A stretch of DNA of 42,214 nucleotides from an uncultured Gammaproteobacteria bacterium (GCA_964345045.1 CAYFPM010000001.1:1-42214); one strand, 5' to 3'; positions 1 to 9,213 are shown, counted from the stretch's first letter. A program made the numbers and translations. The notes: generated by a model from the sequence alone, not told the origin.

Positions 1-262
<262 letters not shown>

Positions 263-321
263 ACGGAAACACAGAGTTGTGCTGGTTCTAGTTACATTAA
301 ATTTCACAAATAAGAAAGCAG

Positions 322-433
322 TATCTTGGTGGTTTTTGCGGTGGGGGTACACCTGTTCCCATCCCGAACACAGCAGTAAAGTCCACCAGCGCCGATGGTA
401 GTCGAAAGGCAAGAGTAGGTCGCCGCCAAGATA
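322..433 (+). rRNA. rrf: 5S rRNA
   Basis: Contains CCCATCCCGAACACAGCAGTAAAG...GCGCCGATGGTAGT...GAGAGTAGGTCGCCGCCAAGA. Terminal helix TCTTGGTGG/CCGCCAAGA. It lies about 60 nt after the 23S end. Confidence 0.9.
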
Positions 434-458
434 CTGTTTTTTTAATTTATAAATTATA

Positions 459-490
459 AAAAACTATTTTCAACAAATAGTTTTTTGTTT
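459..490 (+). terminator. Putative rrn operon terminator (AT-rich hairpin plus T run)
   Basis: AAAAACTATTT-TCAAC-AAATAGTTTTT followed by TGTTTT. The stem is almost all A/T, so it is weak. Confidence 0.4.
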
Positions 491-557
491 TGATAAACAT
501 CTGTACTAAAAACAAATTTGTGGTATTATGCCTGCCAAGGAGTTTTAAAAAGGATCA

Positions 558-1253
558 ATGTTTTGTGCTATGAGTTTGGATTTTTCTGTGTATCTGGTTA
601 CAGATCACGGAGTAGCTGCCGACAGATTACTCGAAGCGATCGTAACCCAAGCTGTCGAAGGTGGAGCTACCTTTGTACAACTTCGTATGAAAGGAGCCCC
701 AAAATCTGAAATAACTACTTTGGCTAGAAAACTTTTGCCAATAGTTCGGGCTTCTTCTGCCAAGCTAATTATCAACGATCATGTTGATATTGCAAAAGAA
801 GTTCAAGCCGACGGTGTGCATGTTGGTCAGTCCGATACATCTGCTTTAGAAGCTCGTCGCCTACTTGGCGAGGATATGATTTTGGGTGTATCGGCATCGA
901 CTGTAGAAGAAGCCGAGGCTGCCGAGGCTGCTGGAGCCAACTATATTGGCGTTGGCCCGGTCTATCCTACCAAGACCAAAAAAGACGCTGTCCCTCCGAT
1001 TGGTTTGGCCAAACTCGCCAAGATTGTAAACTCGGTTTCAATTCCTACGGTAGCGATTGGAGGAATTCGCCAAGACAATGCTCTAGAAATCTTTGCAGCA
1101 GGAGCAAGTGGAGTGGCAGTAATCTCTGCGATTATGGCAAGAGAAGATGCCGATGTCGCCGCCAAAGAACTTAGGCAGATCGCAGATATTCATTTTGCCA
1201 AAGCAAACAAACCGGTCGAAGGTTTGACTAACCATGCTAAGCCTTCGACCTGA
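558..1253 (+). CDS. thiE: Thiamine-phosphate synthase
   Basis: DFSVYLVTD..., FVQLRMK, INDHVDIA..ADGVHVGQSD, GVGPVYPTKTKKD and VAIGGI are typical ThiE motifs. The start could instead be the ATG at 570. Confidence 0.9.
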   Translation: MFCAMSLDFSVYLVTDHGVAADRLLEAIVTQAVEGGATFVQLRMKGAPKSEITTLARKLLPIVRASSAKLIINDHVDIAKEVQADGVHVGQSDTSALEARRLLGEDMILGVSASTVEEAEAAEAAGANYIGVGPVYPTKTKKDAVPPIGLAKLAKIVNSVSIPTVAIGGIRQDNALEIFAAGASGVAVISAIMAREDADVAAKELRQIADIHFAKANKPVEGLTNHAKPST

Positions 1254-1288
1254 CAAATTCAATTTTAATTTTGTCCACAATACAATTC

Positions 1289-1316
1289 TTGCAAAGACTA
1301 AAAATTATGATATAGT
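1289..1316 (+). promoter_or_regulatory. Sigma70-type promoter for the 97-aa ORF
   Basis: TTGCAA (1289-1294), 16 nt, TATAGT (1311-1316). Confidence 0.5.
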
Positions 1317-1363
1317 GATCCTGTTCTAAGAAATCATAGACAGTCTCTAATAAAAATAAAAAT

Positions 1364-1657
1364 ATGGATGAAGATTTTAAATTTGATAAGACAAAAAGTT
1401 CTGTTTTGTCTCATGTACAAACTTTATTTCACGAGCTTGAAGAAGACATGGCCATGAGCCATCAAGAAAAATATACTCTTTTGGAAGATGCTTTTGAAAA
1501 CGCTGCTGATGTAGACGAATTAAGAGTTGCTTACGAACAATGGTTCGCCGAACACGCCGAAGCCCTAGATATTGGACAGGATCTAGACGAACTATGGGAT
1601 TATGCTATGACAAAAACAGAAGACGAAGAAGGAGACGAGGACAGCCTAGAAGAATAA
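1364..1657 (+). CDS. Hypothetical small acidic protein (97 aa)
   Basis: ORF bounded by its own promoter and an intrinsic terminator. Very D/E-rich. No recognisable motif. Confidence 0.6.
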   Translation: MDEDFKFDKTKSSVLSHVQTLFHELEEDMAMSHQEKYTLLEDAFENAADVDELRVAYEQWFAEHAEALDIGQDLDELWDYAMTKTEDEEGDEDSLEE

Positions 1658-1662
1658 AAAAT

Positions 1663-1688
1663 AAAAAGCCCCAGAAGGGGCTTTTTTT
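1663..1688 (+). terminator. Rho-independent terminator
   Basis: AGCCCC-AGAA-GGGGCT followed by TTTTTTT. Confidence 0.85.
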
Positions 1689-1771
1689 ATCTCTAAAATA
1701 AGCCATTTTTACCCCTTGATTTTAGACCACTTTTTTTGCTATGATTTAAGTCTTGTAACTATTATTTCTAT

Positions 1772-2755
1772 ATGCAAACCAGTAAGACATTGGCTCAATA
1801 TTTGATACATCACCTCTTGGATCATCCAGACCAAAAGGAGCTAGTATCGATCATGCTTGATCTGTCTACCATTGGAAAAATAATTTCTAGAGAAACCAAC
1901 AGGGCAGGAGTCTCTGGGGTGATAGGCAGTGCCGAAGCCACCAATATTCAAGAAGAGGAAGTGCAAAAATTAGATGTACTAGCAAATGAACAATGTAAAT
2001 CTTATTTGCGTTCTACAGGCCATTTTGCAGCTTTGGCTTCCGAAGAAGAAGAAGGGGTGGTTGATATGGGGGAGTTTGGAGAAAATGCCAATTATGTAAT
2101 TGCTTTTGATCCCTTGGATGGTTCTAGCAATATTGATGTTAACGTTAGTATTGGCACAATTTTTTCTGTTCACAAAAGATTGCCAAATATTCCAAGAACA
2201 GATGAAAGACAATTTTTGCAACCAGGCAAGGATCAGGTTCTTGCAGGTTATATTGTTTATGGTTCCAGTACTGTTTTGGTTTTTTCTTTTGGCGACGGAG
2301 TTCACGAATTTACCCTAGATCAAACTTTGGGAGAATTTCTTCTCTCGAGAGAACAAGTTACTCTTCCAGAAGAATACAACATATATAGTACCAACGAAGC
2401 CAATTTGAGTTTTTTGCAAGAGGTTAGTAAAAATTTTATTGAATCTCTAAGAGACAGTGGCAAATACAAATCAAGATATATTGGTTCTTTGGTTGCCGAT
2501 GCTCATAGAACTTTGGTAAAGGGTGGAATTTTTCTTTATCCAAAAATAGACAAAAAGAAAAAAGGTGAATACAAAGGAAAATTAAGATTAAACTACGAAG
2601 CCAAACCGATTGCATTTTTATTTGCACAAGCAGGTGGTTTGTCTGTTAGTGAATCAGATAATATTTTGGAAATCGTCCCGGATGAGCTGCATCAAAGAGT
2701 TGGTTTGGTCTTTGGAAACAAAAACATAGTAGAAAATTATACTAGTAATTTTTAA
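1772..2755 (+). CDS. fbp: Fructose-1,6-bisphosphatase, class 1
   Basis: Class I FBPase core motif FDPLDGSSNIDVNVSIGTIFSV, plus GSLVADAHRTL and LRLNYEAKPIAFL. Confidence 0.92.
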   Translation: MQTSKTLAQYLIHHLLDHPDQKELVSIMLDLSTIGKIISRETNRAGVSGVIGSAEATNIQEEEVQKLDVLANEQCKSYLRSTGHFAALASEEEEGVVDMGEFGENANYVIAFDPLDGSSNIDVNVSIGTIFSVHKRLPNIPRTDERQFLQPGKDQVLAGYIVYGSSTVLVFSFGDGVHEFTLDQTLGEFLLSREQVTLPEEYNIYSTNEANLSFLQEVSKNFIESLRDSGKYKSRYIGSLVADAHRTLVKGGIFLYPKIDKKKKGEYKGKLRLNYEAKPIAFLFAQAGGLSVSESDNILEIVPDELHQRVGLVFGNKNIVENYTSNF

Positions 2756-2764
2756 TTAATAAGT

Positions 2765-3841
2765 ATGTCCGAATTATATTCAAAAATTCAAGATACTTTG
2801 GCCGAAAAAACAGAAGACTTGCTAAATTTTAATTCTCCAAAAATTTCCAAAGATAGAATTCATGCACCCAGTGCAGATTTTATCGATAAGGTGTTTGGAA
2901 TTTCCGATCGCAATGAAAAAGTTTTGGCCAATCTAAAAAGACTACGCGACACTGGTAGATTGTCTGGTACAGGCTATTATTCTATTTTGCCGGTTGACCA
3001 GGGAATTGAGCATTCTGGTGGGGCTAGTTTTGCCAAGAATCCAGACTATTTTGATCCAGAAAATATTGTAAAATTGGCGCAAGAGGCAGGCTGCAACGGT
3101 GTAGCTTCTACCCTAGGTGTGCTGGGGATGGTAAGCAAAAAATATGCCGACAAAATTCCGTTTGTTGTAAAAATTAACCATAATGATTTTTTTCGCTATC
3201 CTAATGATTACGATCAAACGATGTTTGCTAGTGTAGAACAGGCTTATAATATGGGAGCTGCCGGAGTTGGGGCCACTATTTATTTTGGTTCTCCAGAATC
3301 AAAAAGACAGATTACCGAAGTTAGTGCGGCTTTTGCCAAAGCGCATGAATTGGGAATGTTTACTATTCTTTGGTGCTACACTAGAAATGGTGCTTTTAAA
3401 ATAGATGGACAAGATTACCACGCTGCTGCCGACCTAACCGGCCAAGCCAATCATCTTGGGGTAACTATTGGGGCAGATATTATCAAACAAAAATTGCCAA
3501 ATATAAATGGTGGTTACAAAGCTCTAAACGAAGGAGACAAAAAATTTGGTAAGTACGATGAAAAAATTTATACAGAACTTAATTCCGAACACCCAATTGA
3601 CTTGTGTCGCTACCAAGTCGCCAATTGTTACATGGGCAGAGCCGGCTTAATTAATTCTGGTGGAGCTAGTGGAAACAATGATATACAAGATGCTGTCTAC
3701 ACTGCGGTGGTAAACAAGCGGGCTGGTGGAACTGGTCTTATCTTGGGACGCAAAGCTTTTCAAAAACCATTAGACGAAGGTGTAAAAATTATCCAAGCTG
3801 TACAAGACGTTTACTTGTGTAACGAAATTGACTTAGCTTAA
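2765..3841 (+). CDS. fbaB: Class I fructose-bisphosphate aldolase (FbaB/DhnA type)
   Basis: Colinear with E. coli FbaB as I recall it: [80 protein letters not shown]. Confidence 0.9.
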   Translation: MSELYSKIQDTLAEKTEDLLNFNSPKISKDRIHAPSADFIDKVFGISDRNEKVLANLKRLRDTGRLSGTGYYSILPVDQGIEHSGGASFAKNPDYFDPENIVKLAQEAGCNGVASTLGVLGMVSKKYADKIPFVVKINHNDFFRYPNDYDQTMFASVEQAYNMGAAGVGATIYFGSPESKRQITEVSAAFAKAHELGMFTILWCYTRNGAFKIDGQDYHAAADLTGQANHLGVTIGADIIKQKLPNINGGYKALNEGDKKFGKYDEKIYTELNSEHPIDLCRYQVANCYMGRAGLINSGGASGNNDIQDAVYTAVVNKRAGGTGLILGRKAFQKPLDEGVKIIQAVQDVYLCNEIDLA

Positions 3842-3858
3842 ATTTTAATTTTTATAAT

Positions 3859-4245
3859 ATGAGAAAATTTTTTGAAGGGTTTAGGTCTAAACCTAACGAA
3901 GAAGGTAAAGCAAAGGAAGCAAATCCTTTTGAACCTCCAAGAAAAGATGTCGAAACAAAAGAAGCCCAAGAAGCTAGAATTATGGAAAGAAAAGCCAAAG
4001 ATGTTGTAGACCAGTGTTTGGCTTTGGATCCTCCAATAACTCAAGAAAAATTTTTGGAATTTGTAAAAGATCAGGAGGATAGCAAGGGAGAAGAAGGTGG
4101 GATTAAAGTTAAATATGGTAAAGCCTTGTTTCCAATATATATGAAGGTTTTGGCAGATTTGCCTGTCAGTGATGCTAACCACGATCTTTTAACAGAGGCT
4201 GTTAAAAGAGAGTTTGAAAATAGAGTTAATCAACCAGTTGAATAA
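3859..4245 (+). CDS. Hypothetical protein (128 aa) embedded between fbaB and gap
   Basis: Intact ORF filling the fbaB-gap gap with 17-nt and 5-nt spacers. No recognisable domain. Confidence 0.6.
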   Translation: MRKFFEGFRSKPNEEGKAKEANPFEPPRKDVETKEAQEARIMERKAKDVVDQCLALDPPITQEKFLEFVKDQEDSKGEEGGIKVKYGKALFPIYMKVLADLPVSDANHDLLTEAVKREFENRVNQPVE

Positions 4246-4250
4246 TTTTT

Positions 4251-5270
4251 ATGAGTACCAGAATATCCATTAATGGTTTCGGTCGTATTGGGAGGATTTT
4301 TACTAGAATCGCTTGGGATAATCCGGATATTGAGATAGTGGCCATCAATAGTCGTTCCAAAGCAGATATCTACGCCCATTTGCTAAAGTATGATTCTATC
4401 TATGGACCTTGGGAACATGAAGTTAGTTTTCGTGACAACGATGCTATTATTGTAGATGGTAAAGAAATCCCACTTTATCACGAAAATAATATAGAGGATT
4501 TGCCTTGGAAGAAACATGATGTTGATTTGGTATTAGAATCAACTGGCGTATTTCGCGATAGAGCTTCTAGTGAAAAACATTTGGATGTGGGAGCCAAGTA
4601 TGTGGTAATTAGTGCTCCAGCCAAAGAAGAAGACATTACCATGATTTATGGTATAAACAACGACAAGTTTGACCCGGAAAAACACAAAATTATTTCTGCC
4701 GCTTCTTGTACTACCACTTGCTTGGCACCGGTTACCCAAACTTTGCATAAAAAATTTGGTATCAAGCACGGCACTGTGGTGACCACTCATGCTTATACCA
4801 ATGATCAGCACCTGGTAGACTACCCACACAAAAAAGAAAGCTTCCGTCGCTCTCGTGCTAGTGCTATGTCTATAATCCCTACCGAAACTGGGGCAGCCAA
4901 AGCTATTGGCAAGGTTATCCCCGAGATGAAGGGTAAGTTAGATGGTAATGCTTTGCGCGTACCTGTACCTGTACCATCGATTGTTAGTTTTATAGCAGAG
5001 TTAGAAAACAAGACAAATCGTGACGAAATAAACGAAGAGTTTAAAAGAGCCGCCAAAGAAGACTATCCGGGTAACTTGGCCACTTGCGATATTGGACTAG
5101 TCTCGGCCGATTATATCCGTAGTCCATATGGAGCAACTTTGGATACTTTGTCTACCTTGGTGACCGACGACACACAAGTTTTTGTCCAAGCTTGGTACGA
5201 CAACGAATGGGGTTATGTAACCCAGATGACCAAATTGATTGAGGATATTGGGAGTAAGATAGGGGATTAG
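4251..5270 (+). CDS. gap: Glyceraldehyde-3-phosphate dehydrogenase
   Basis: INGFGRIGR Rossmann start, catalytic SCTTTCLAP, WYDNEWGY near the C-terminus. Confidence 0.95.
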   Translation: MSTRISINGFGRIGRIFTRIAWDNPDIEIVAINSRSKADIYAHLLKYDSIYGPWEHEVSFRDNDAIIVDGKEIPLYHENNIEDLPWKKHDVDLVLESTGVFRDRASSEKHLDVGAKYVVISAPAKEEDITMIYGINNDKFDPEKHKIISAASCTTTCLAPVTQTLHKKFGIKHGTVVTTHAYTNDQHLVDYPHKKESFRRSRASAMSIIPTETGAAKAIGKVIPEMKGKLDGNALRVPVPVPSIVSFIAELENKTNRDEINEEFKRAAKEDYPGNLATCDIGLVSADYIRSPYGATLDTLSTLVTDDTQVFVQAWYDNEWGYVTQMTKLIEDIGSKIGD

Positions 5271-5282
5271 GTTTTTGGGTGT

Positions 5283-5395
5283 AGTCATCCTGATCCTGAC
5301 CAAAGTCTGGAGAAGGATCCCGAGGGAAGTCCGAAGAGATCCTTCACTGCGTTCGTCCTTTGGACTCACTCCTTTCAGGATGACTGTTATTTGTA
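5283..5395. repeat. GC-rich palindromic (REP/MITE-like) element with AGTCATCCTGA...TCAGGATGACT termini
   Basis: 11-nt perfect terminal inverted repeat (5283-5293 / 5385-5395). The left arm 5285-5342 recurs in reverse complement at 10083-10140 at about 90% identity. Confidence 0.8.
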
Positions 5396-5464
5396 ACAAT
5401 GCTATATTTTTGACTAAAGTTTTAAATGTTTTTTGTTTAGATGTTTAAATGTTAAGATGTTTTT

Positions 5465-5983
5465 ATGATAAATGATGCCAAGGATTATTATGAAAAGAGC
5501 GAAGGAGAAGTTCATCTTAGTTGGCAAGATGTAGAAGAAGCTGCTTACAATATAATAACGCGCATGAAGCGAGATAATTTCGAGCCAGATGTAATTATCT
5601 CTATTGCCAGGTCTGGTCTTATTCCAGCTTCTCTTATTTCTTATGCTACAGGAAACAAAAAGTTGTACGTGATAAAAGTGGATTTTTCAAAAACACAAAA
5701 AGTTGGTCAGGATCAAGACTTGCGTCACACACCAATTATTTCGCAAGAATTATCAAAAGATATAGAAGGATTAAAAGTGTTGGTGGTAGACGAAATGGTA
5801 GTTTCTGGGGCAACTCTCCAAACAGTCAGCACCTACCTAGGTATGAAAAACCCCAAGGATGTAAAATACGTTGTGCTATACAAGCAGCCTTGGTCGCAGT
5901 TTGAGCCGGACTACTATGGAGAAGAAACAAATATGTGGCCAGTATTCCCTTGGAAAAGATTGCGAAATGGTGATGAAAAGTAA
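5465..5983 (+). CDS. Type I phosphoribosyltransferase (purine PRTase-like)
   Basis: PRPP-binding motif VLVVDEMVVSGATL. Size (172 aa) and layout resemble Xpt/Hpt-type enzymes. Substrate not assignable. Confidence 0.8.
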   Translation: MINDAKDYYEKSEGEVHLSWQDVEEAAYNIITRMKRDNFEPDVIISIARSGLIPASLISYATGNKKLYVIKVDFSKTQKVGQDQDLRHTPIISQELSKDIEGLKVLVVDEMVVSGATLQTVSTYLGMKNPKDVKYVVLYKQPWSQFEPDYYGEETNMWPVFPWKRLRNGDEK

Positions 5984-5987
5984 AAAT

Positions 5988-6025
5988 AAAAACCCTGTAC
6001 CAAAATAGTACAGGGTTTGTTTTTG
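5988..6025. terminator. Bidirectional terminator, copy 1 of the AACCCTGTAC/GTACAGGGTT hairpin
   Basis: AAAAACCCTGTAC-CAAAATA-GTACAGGGTTTGTTTTT, located between convergent genes. Confidence 0.85.
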
Positions 6026-6094
6026 AGTTGGGGCCGTGAGTTTTCTCCTTTCTTCACGGTGTTTACACGGCACAGTGATGTTGGCGTGGATAGG

Positions 6095-6214
6095 CTAGCC
6101 TGCCACGCAATAAGAGGCAATGCCAGACAGGCCGGCGAGTAGCAGGATCTGCTGGTAGAACTCCAGCTTGTAAAATAGGTAATCGTGCACTCTGGCTAAT
6201 TGTCGTCTAAACAT
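6095..6214 (-). CDS. Candidate 39-aa ORF (MFRRQLARVHDYLFYKLEFYQQILLLAGLSGIASYCVAG), apparently leaderless
   Basis: Not in the ORF track (<60 aa). The ATG lies 7 nt after a TAAAAT -10 box. GC-richer than the flanks. Two hairpins follow it (GCGTGG..CCACGC and CCGTGA..TCACGG). Coding status uncertain. Confidence 0.35.
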   Translation of the reverse strand: MFRRQLARVHDYLFYKLEFYQQILLLAGLSGIASYCVAG

Positions 6215-6221
6215 TGCAAAA

Positions 6222-6250
6222 ATTTTACATGAAATTTACAAAAAAATCAA
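6222..6250 (-). promoter_or_regulatory. Sigma70-type promoter directly abutting the 39-aa ORF
   Basis: Minus strand: TTGATT (6250-6245), 17 nt, TAAAAT (6227-6222), 7 nt, ATG (6214). Confidence 0.5.
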
Positions 6251-6319
6251 TATCAAAAAACCACCCAGGTTTCTCCTTCCAAACTATCAAATTTTGATAA
6301 CTTGGAATGAGGGGGTGGT

Positions 6320-6766
6320 TTATTGATTCTTTTTGTTTTGCATCATGGTTGCCAAAGCCAAGCTCAGCTGAATTTCTTCTCGGCTAAGCCGTTGAGGTAG
6401 CGATTTTTTTGCACAGTCTTCTCGTAGTCTGTATAGGCAAACAGGGCGGCCAGCTTCGTCGAACTCGATAGAAATTTCGAGATTATGAAAAGGAGCCCTG
6501 ATGTGGAGGATTTCTCCAACTTTTTTGACCTGAGAAAAACTAACTCTGGGTAAGTCTGATCGAGGTTTGGTCTCTACATGATTGGTAGATGGCCAGATCA
6601 GATTTTGGCTGCTAGCAGCCTGTAGTCCTGCCTCTAGCAGTTCCCGGTCGGTTGGTTCCGGGAGTTGGGCAGCTTTTCTAAATCTATATAGGAGCTGCCA
6701 AAGCGGGGCAAAGAAAATTGTGGCCAGCAAGAAAACTGGCAGGAGCAGGGTTGTAGCGTTTGTCAT
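6320..6766 (-). CDS. Hypothetical membrane-anchored protein (148 aa), GC-rich orphan
   Basis: Perfect SD (AAGGAGG) 6 nt upstream of the ATG. N-terminal TM helix LLLPVFLLATIFFAPLW. No known motif. Confidence 0.7.
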   Translation of the reverse strand: MTNATTLLLPVFLLATIFFAPLWQLLYRFRKAAQLPEPTDRELLEAGLQAASSQNLIWPSTNHVETKPRSDLPRVSFSQVKKVGEILHIRAPFHNLEISIEFDEAGRPVCLYRLREDCAKKSLPQRLSREEIQLSLALATMMQNKKNQ

Positions 6767-6850
6767 GCCAACCTCCTTTAGTATATTTTTAGCTTATTTT
6801 AGTGATTTTGTCAATAACAAAAACCCCATTTCTGGAGTTTTTATTATTTC

Positions 6851-6910
6851 CCTCACCTCGAATCCTAAGCAGTCGAGTTTTCGACTAATTAGGATTGGGT
6901 CGAGGTGAGG
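6851..6910. repeat. 60-nt long imperfect hairpin between the two GC-rich ORFs
   Basis: CCTCACCTCGA/TCGAGGTGAGG (11 bp) + ATCCTAA/TTAGGAT (7 bp) + GTCGAG/CTCGAC (6 bp), loop TTTT. Confidence 0.75.
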
Positions 6911-6917
6911 AGTCTCC

Positions 6918-7502
6918 CTATGTATCACGGATCCTGTTGATCTCCTGCAGGATTTGTTGGGCTACAGTGCTTTCAGCTTCGTCATGCTCAACGGTGCTTC
7001 CAGCTTGATATCGAGCATCCGGTGGTTGTCTCTGCATGCCTTTGGGGTCTTCTCGAACTTCTTCAAGGTGACCTTTAGGATTGAAATAAAGGTACAAAGA
7101 CCCTTGGTTATCCATGAGACGTACGCAGACACCGCCAGAAGCGTAGGGTTGGTGCCAAACGCACTTGGGCAGATTCAAAAGAAAATAGTCTCCATATTGC
7201 AAATACAAACCAACTCCGTCTCTGATGAAGTTTACTTCGTAGGCATCGAGATTAGAAGGTCGGTTTTGCTTTAGAAGACTCAAAAATTTCTTCAGCCTAT
7301 TTTTCGGGCTTTTCGGAAATTTCTCAGAGTGCCAGTCTTTCACTTCTGAGTGCAGAAAATGAAACAAAATTATCACAAAGATGGCAAGGATTGGTGCCGC
7401 AATAAAGGTCCATACTGCCTGGAACGGATTGACAAGAATCCATATTACGCAGAACGCAAATCCCAATAGACCAAGAGGCAAAAGAAGGTGTTTTAGGTTC
7501 AT
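6918..7502 (-). CDS. Hypothetical membrane protein (194 aa, two N-terminal TM helices), GC-rich orphan
   Basis: SD AAGGAGAG upstream of the ATG. TM segments LLPLGLLGFAFCVIWILV and FIAAPILAIFVIILFHF. No known motif. Confidence 0.7.
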   Translation of the reverse strand: MNLKHLLLPLGLLGFAFCVIWILVNPFQAVWTFIAAPILAIFVIILFHFLHSEVKDWHSEKFPKSPKNRLKKFLSLLKQNRPSNLDAYEVNFIRDGVGLYLQYGDYFLLNLPKCVWHQPYASGGVCVRLMDNQGSLYLYFNPKGHLEEVREDPKGMQRQPPDARYQAGSTVEHDEAESTVAQQILQEINRIRDT

Positions 7503-7650
7503 TAGTTCTCTCTCCTTAAAATGAGCTAAACTTAGGCCAAAATTAATATATTATAGTTATCTTGTCAAGGTTTTAAGGACTTATCCACAATAACTGTCGA
7601 AAAAAAATTGACAATTTAGATACCTGTGATATCCTTTAAATAAGCAAAAT

Positions 7651-7710
7651 ATGCAGATAGACATACTAAAAAAACTAGGATTTTCTGACAAAAGTGCTCT
7701 CCTACGCTAA
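7651..7710 (+). pseudogene. 19-codon remnant/uORF duplicating the N-terminus of the downstream TrmB-like gene
   Basis: MQIDILKKLGFSDKSALLR* compared with MEISVLKKLGFTDKSAKIYLALLR at 7752. It is preceded by TTGACA (7608-7613) and followed by a GC-rich hairpin-like insert (7697-7725). Confidence 0.55.
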
Positions 7711-7751
7711 AGCTCCGGAGGACAAAATGGTTTTTTCTCTTTTGAAAAATT

Positions 7752-8486
7752 ATGGAAATAAGTGTTTTAAAGAAATTAGGTTTTACAGATAAAAGTGCTA
7801 AGATTTACTTGGCTCTCTTGCGTTTGGGGCCTAGTTCGGTCAGAAAATTGGCCGAAGACTGCGACTTGAATAGAGGTACTACCTACGACGCCCTAAAGTG
7901 GCTGCAAGAGGCCGGGGTGGTCAACTACTACCACAAAGACACCAAGCAAACTTTTGTGGCTGAAGAACCAGAAAAGCTTCGCAATATGGTAAAGCAGCAA
8001 GAAAAAGAATTAGAACTAGTAGACGACAAACTCTCTAAAATGATTCCAGAATTGCAGGCCCTACACGACAAAGGCGGCCAGAGACCAGTGGCCAGGTACT
8101 ACACCGAAAAAGAAGTTAGCAAAATTCTAGAAGACGTACTTGAAACTTGCGAAAATCACGAAGAAGGCATGTACAGGATTTATTCAACAGAAGGTTTGCG
8201 TGAACACCTTTACAACGGTTTTGAAACTTTTAGCGATGTAAGAATCTCGAAAGGCATAGGAGTAAAAGTAATAGCCATTGGTGAAGGTGGCGAACTCCGA
8301 GGACTAGACGAAAGAAAATGGCTCAAGGCCAAAAGTGAAACTCCAACCTACATTATTATTTACCCAGGCAAAACAGCGTACATATCTATGAATGCCAAAG
8401 GTGAATTGGTAGGTGTGGTGATAGAAAACGAAGGTGTTTACCAAACCCAAAAAACAGTTTTTGAAAGTTTGTGGGAGAGTTTATAA
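7752..8486 (+). CDS. TrmB-family transcriptional regulator
   Basis: N-terminal winged HTH typical of TrmB: LGFTDKSAKIYLALLRLGPSSVRKLAEDCDLNRGTTYDALKWLQEAGVV. Has a C-terminal sensor-like domain. Confidence 0.8.
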   Translation: MEISVLKKLGFTDKSAKIYLALLRLGPSSVRKLAEDCDLNRGTTYDALKWLQEAGVVNYYHKDTKQTFVAEEPEKLRNMVKQQEKELELVDDKLSKMIPELQALHDKGGQRPVARYYTEKEVSKILEDVLETCENHEEGMYRIYSTEGLREHLYNGFETFSDVRISKGIGVKVIAIGEGGELRGLDERKWLKAKSETPTYIIIYPGKTAYISMNAKGELVGVVIENEGVYQTQKTVFESLWESL

Positions 8487-8576
8487 AATTTTGCCACTAG
8501 CCGGACTATACATCTCTAGTGGCACAAGAAATGAGCAGCACAACGTATCTGCTTATTTCTTTTCTCAATAATTATT

Positions 8577-9209
8577 ATGTTTATAATTGACTTTGATGAC
8601 ACACTCTTTGATACCCATGCTTTTAAAAAAGCTAGACTTGAAGCACTTTTGGCAATTGGAGTTGGCGAAGAAGATTACCAAAAAACATATAAGCTAGCTA
8701 GAAATAATAGTGCAGGTGTTTTTACCTACTCCGACCAAAGACATGCTGAGATTTTGGAAGTACATGGTTATGACAAAGAAAAATGTTTGCAAGTTCTAAA
8801 AACTGTAACAGAAAACTTGGCAAAGTTTTTGAGAGAAGATGCTATTGATTTTTTGGAAGAATTGAAACAAAAAAGTGAAACAATGATTTTGCTTAGCTTG
8901 GGAGATCCTAGCTTTCAAGAGTTAAAAGTAAAAAATTCTGGTATTCATGATTACTTCGATAGAACCTTTATGGTGGATGACACCAAGATCCATGTAGTGG
9001 AAGAAATTATTGACGGAGTAAAAGATAAAGCAATTTGGTTTGTGAATGATAAGGTAGGTGAGACAGAGGAAATTGTAAGTAAGTTTCCGCAAGTAAAAGC
9101 AGTCTTGCGTATTTCTGATAATTTTCCAGAAAGTGAATATTATAATTCCGACATACCGGCTTTTAAATCATTGAAAGAGATTAATGATTTTATAAGTAAT
9201 AATAAATAG
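8577..9209 (+). CDS. HAD-superfamily hydrolase
   Basis: Motif I FIIDFDDTLFDT (DxDxT). Late VNDK motif. Confidence 0.75.
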   Translation: MFIIDFDDTLFDTHAFKKARLEALLAIGVGEEDYQKTYKLARNNSAGVFTYSDQRHAEILEVHGYDKEKCLQVLKTVTENLAKFLREDAIDFLEELKQKSETMILLSLGDPSFQELKVKNSGIHDYFDRTFMVDDTKIHVVEEIIDGVKDKAIWFVNDKVGETEEIVSKFPQVKAVLRISDNFPESEYYNSDIPAFKSLKEINDFISNNK

Positions 9210-9213
9210 TTAC

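Noticed and set aside
490-557. Possible TPP riboswitch upstream of thiE
   Set aside because: The spacer is too short and lacks the conserved CTGAGA and ACCTGATCTGGATAATGCCAGCG-type elements.
5097-5399. 100-aa minus-strand ORF
   Set aside because: It is antisense to the gap 3' end and reads through the palindromic element. It has no start context.
6582-6908. 108-aa plus-strand ORF
   Set aside because: It is antisense to the SD-led 148-aa gene and runs through the 60-nt hairpin. It is a consequence of locally higher GC.
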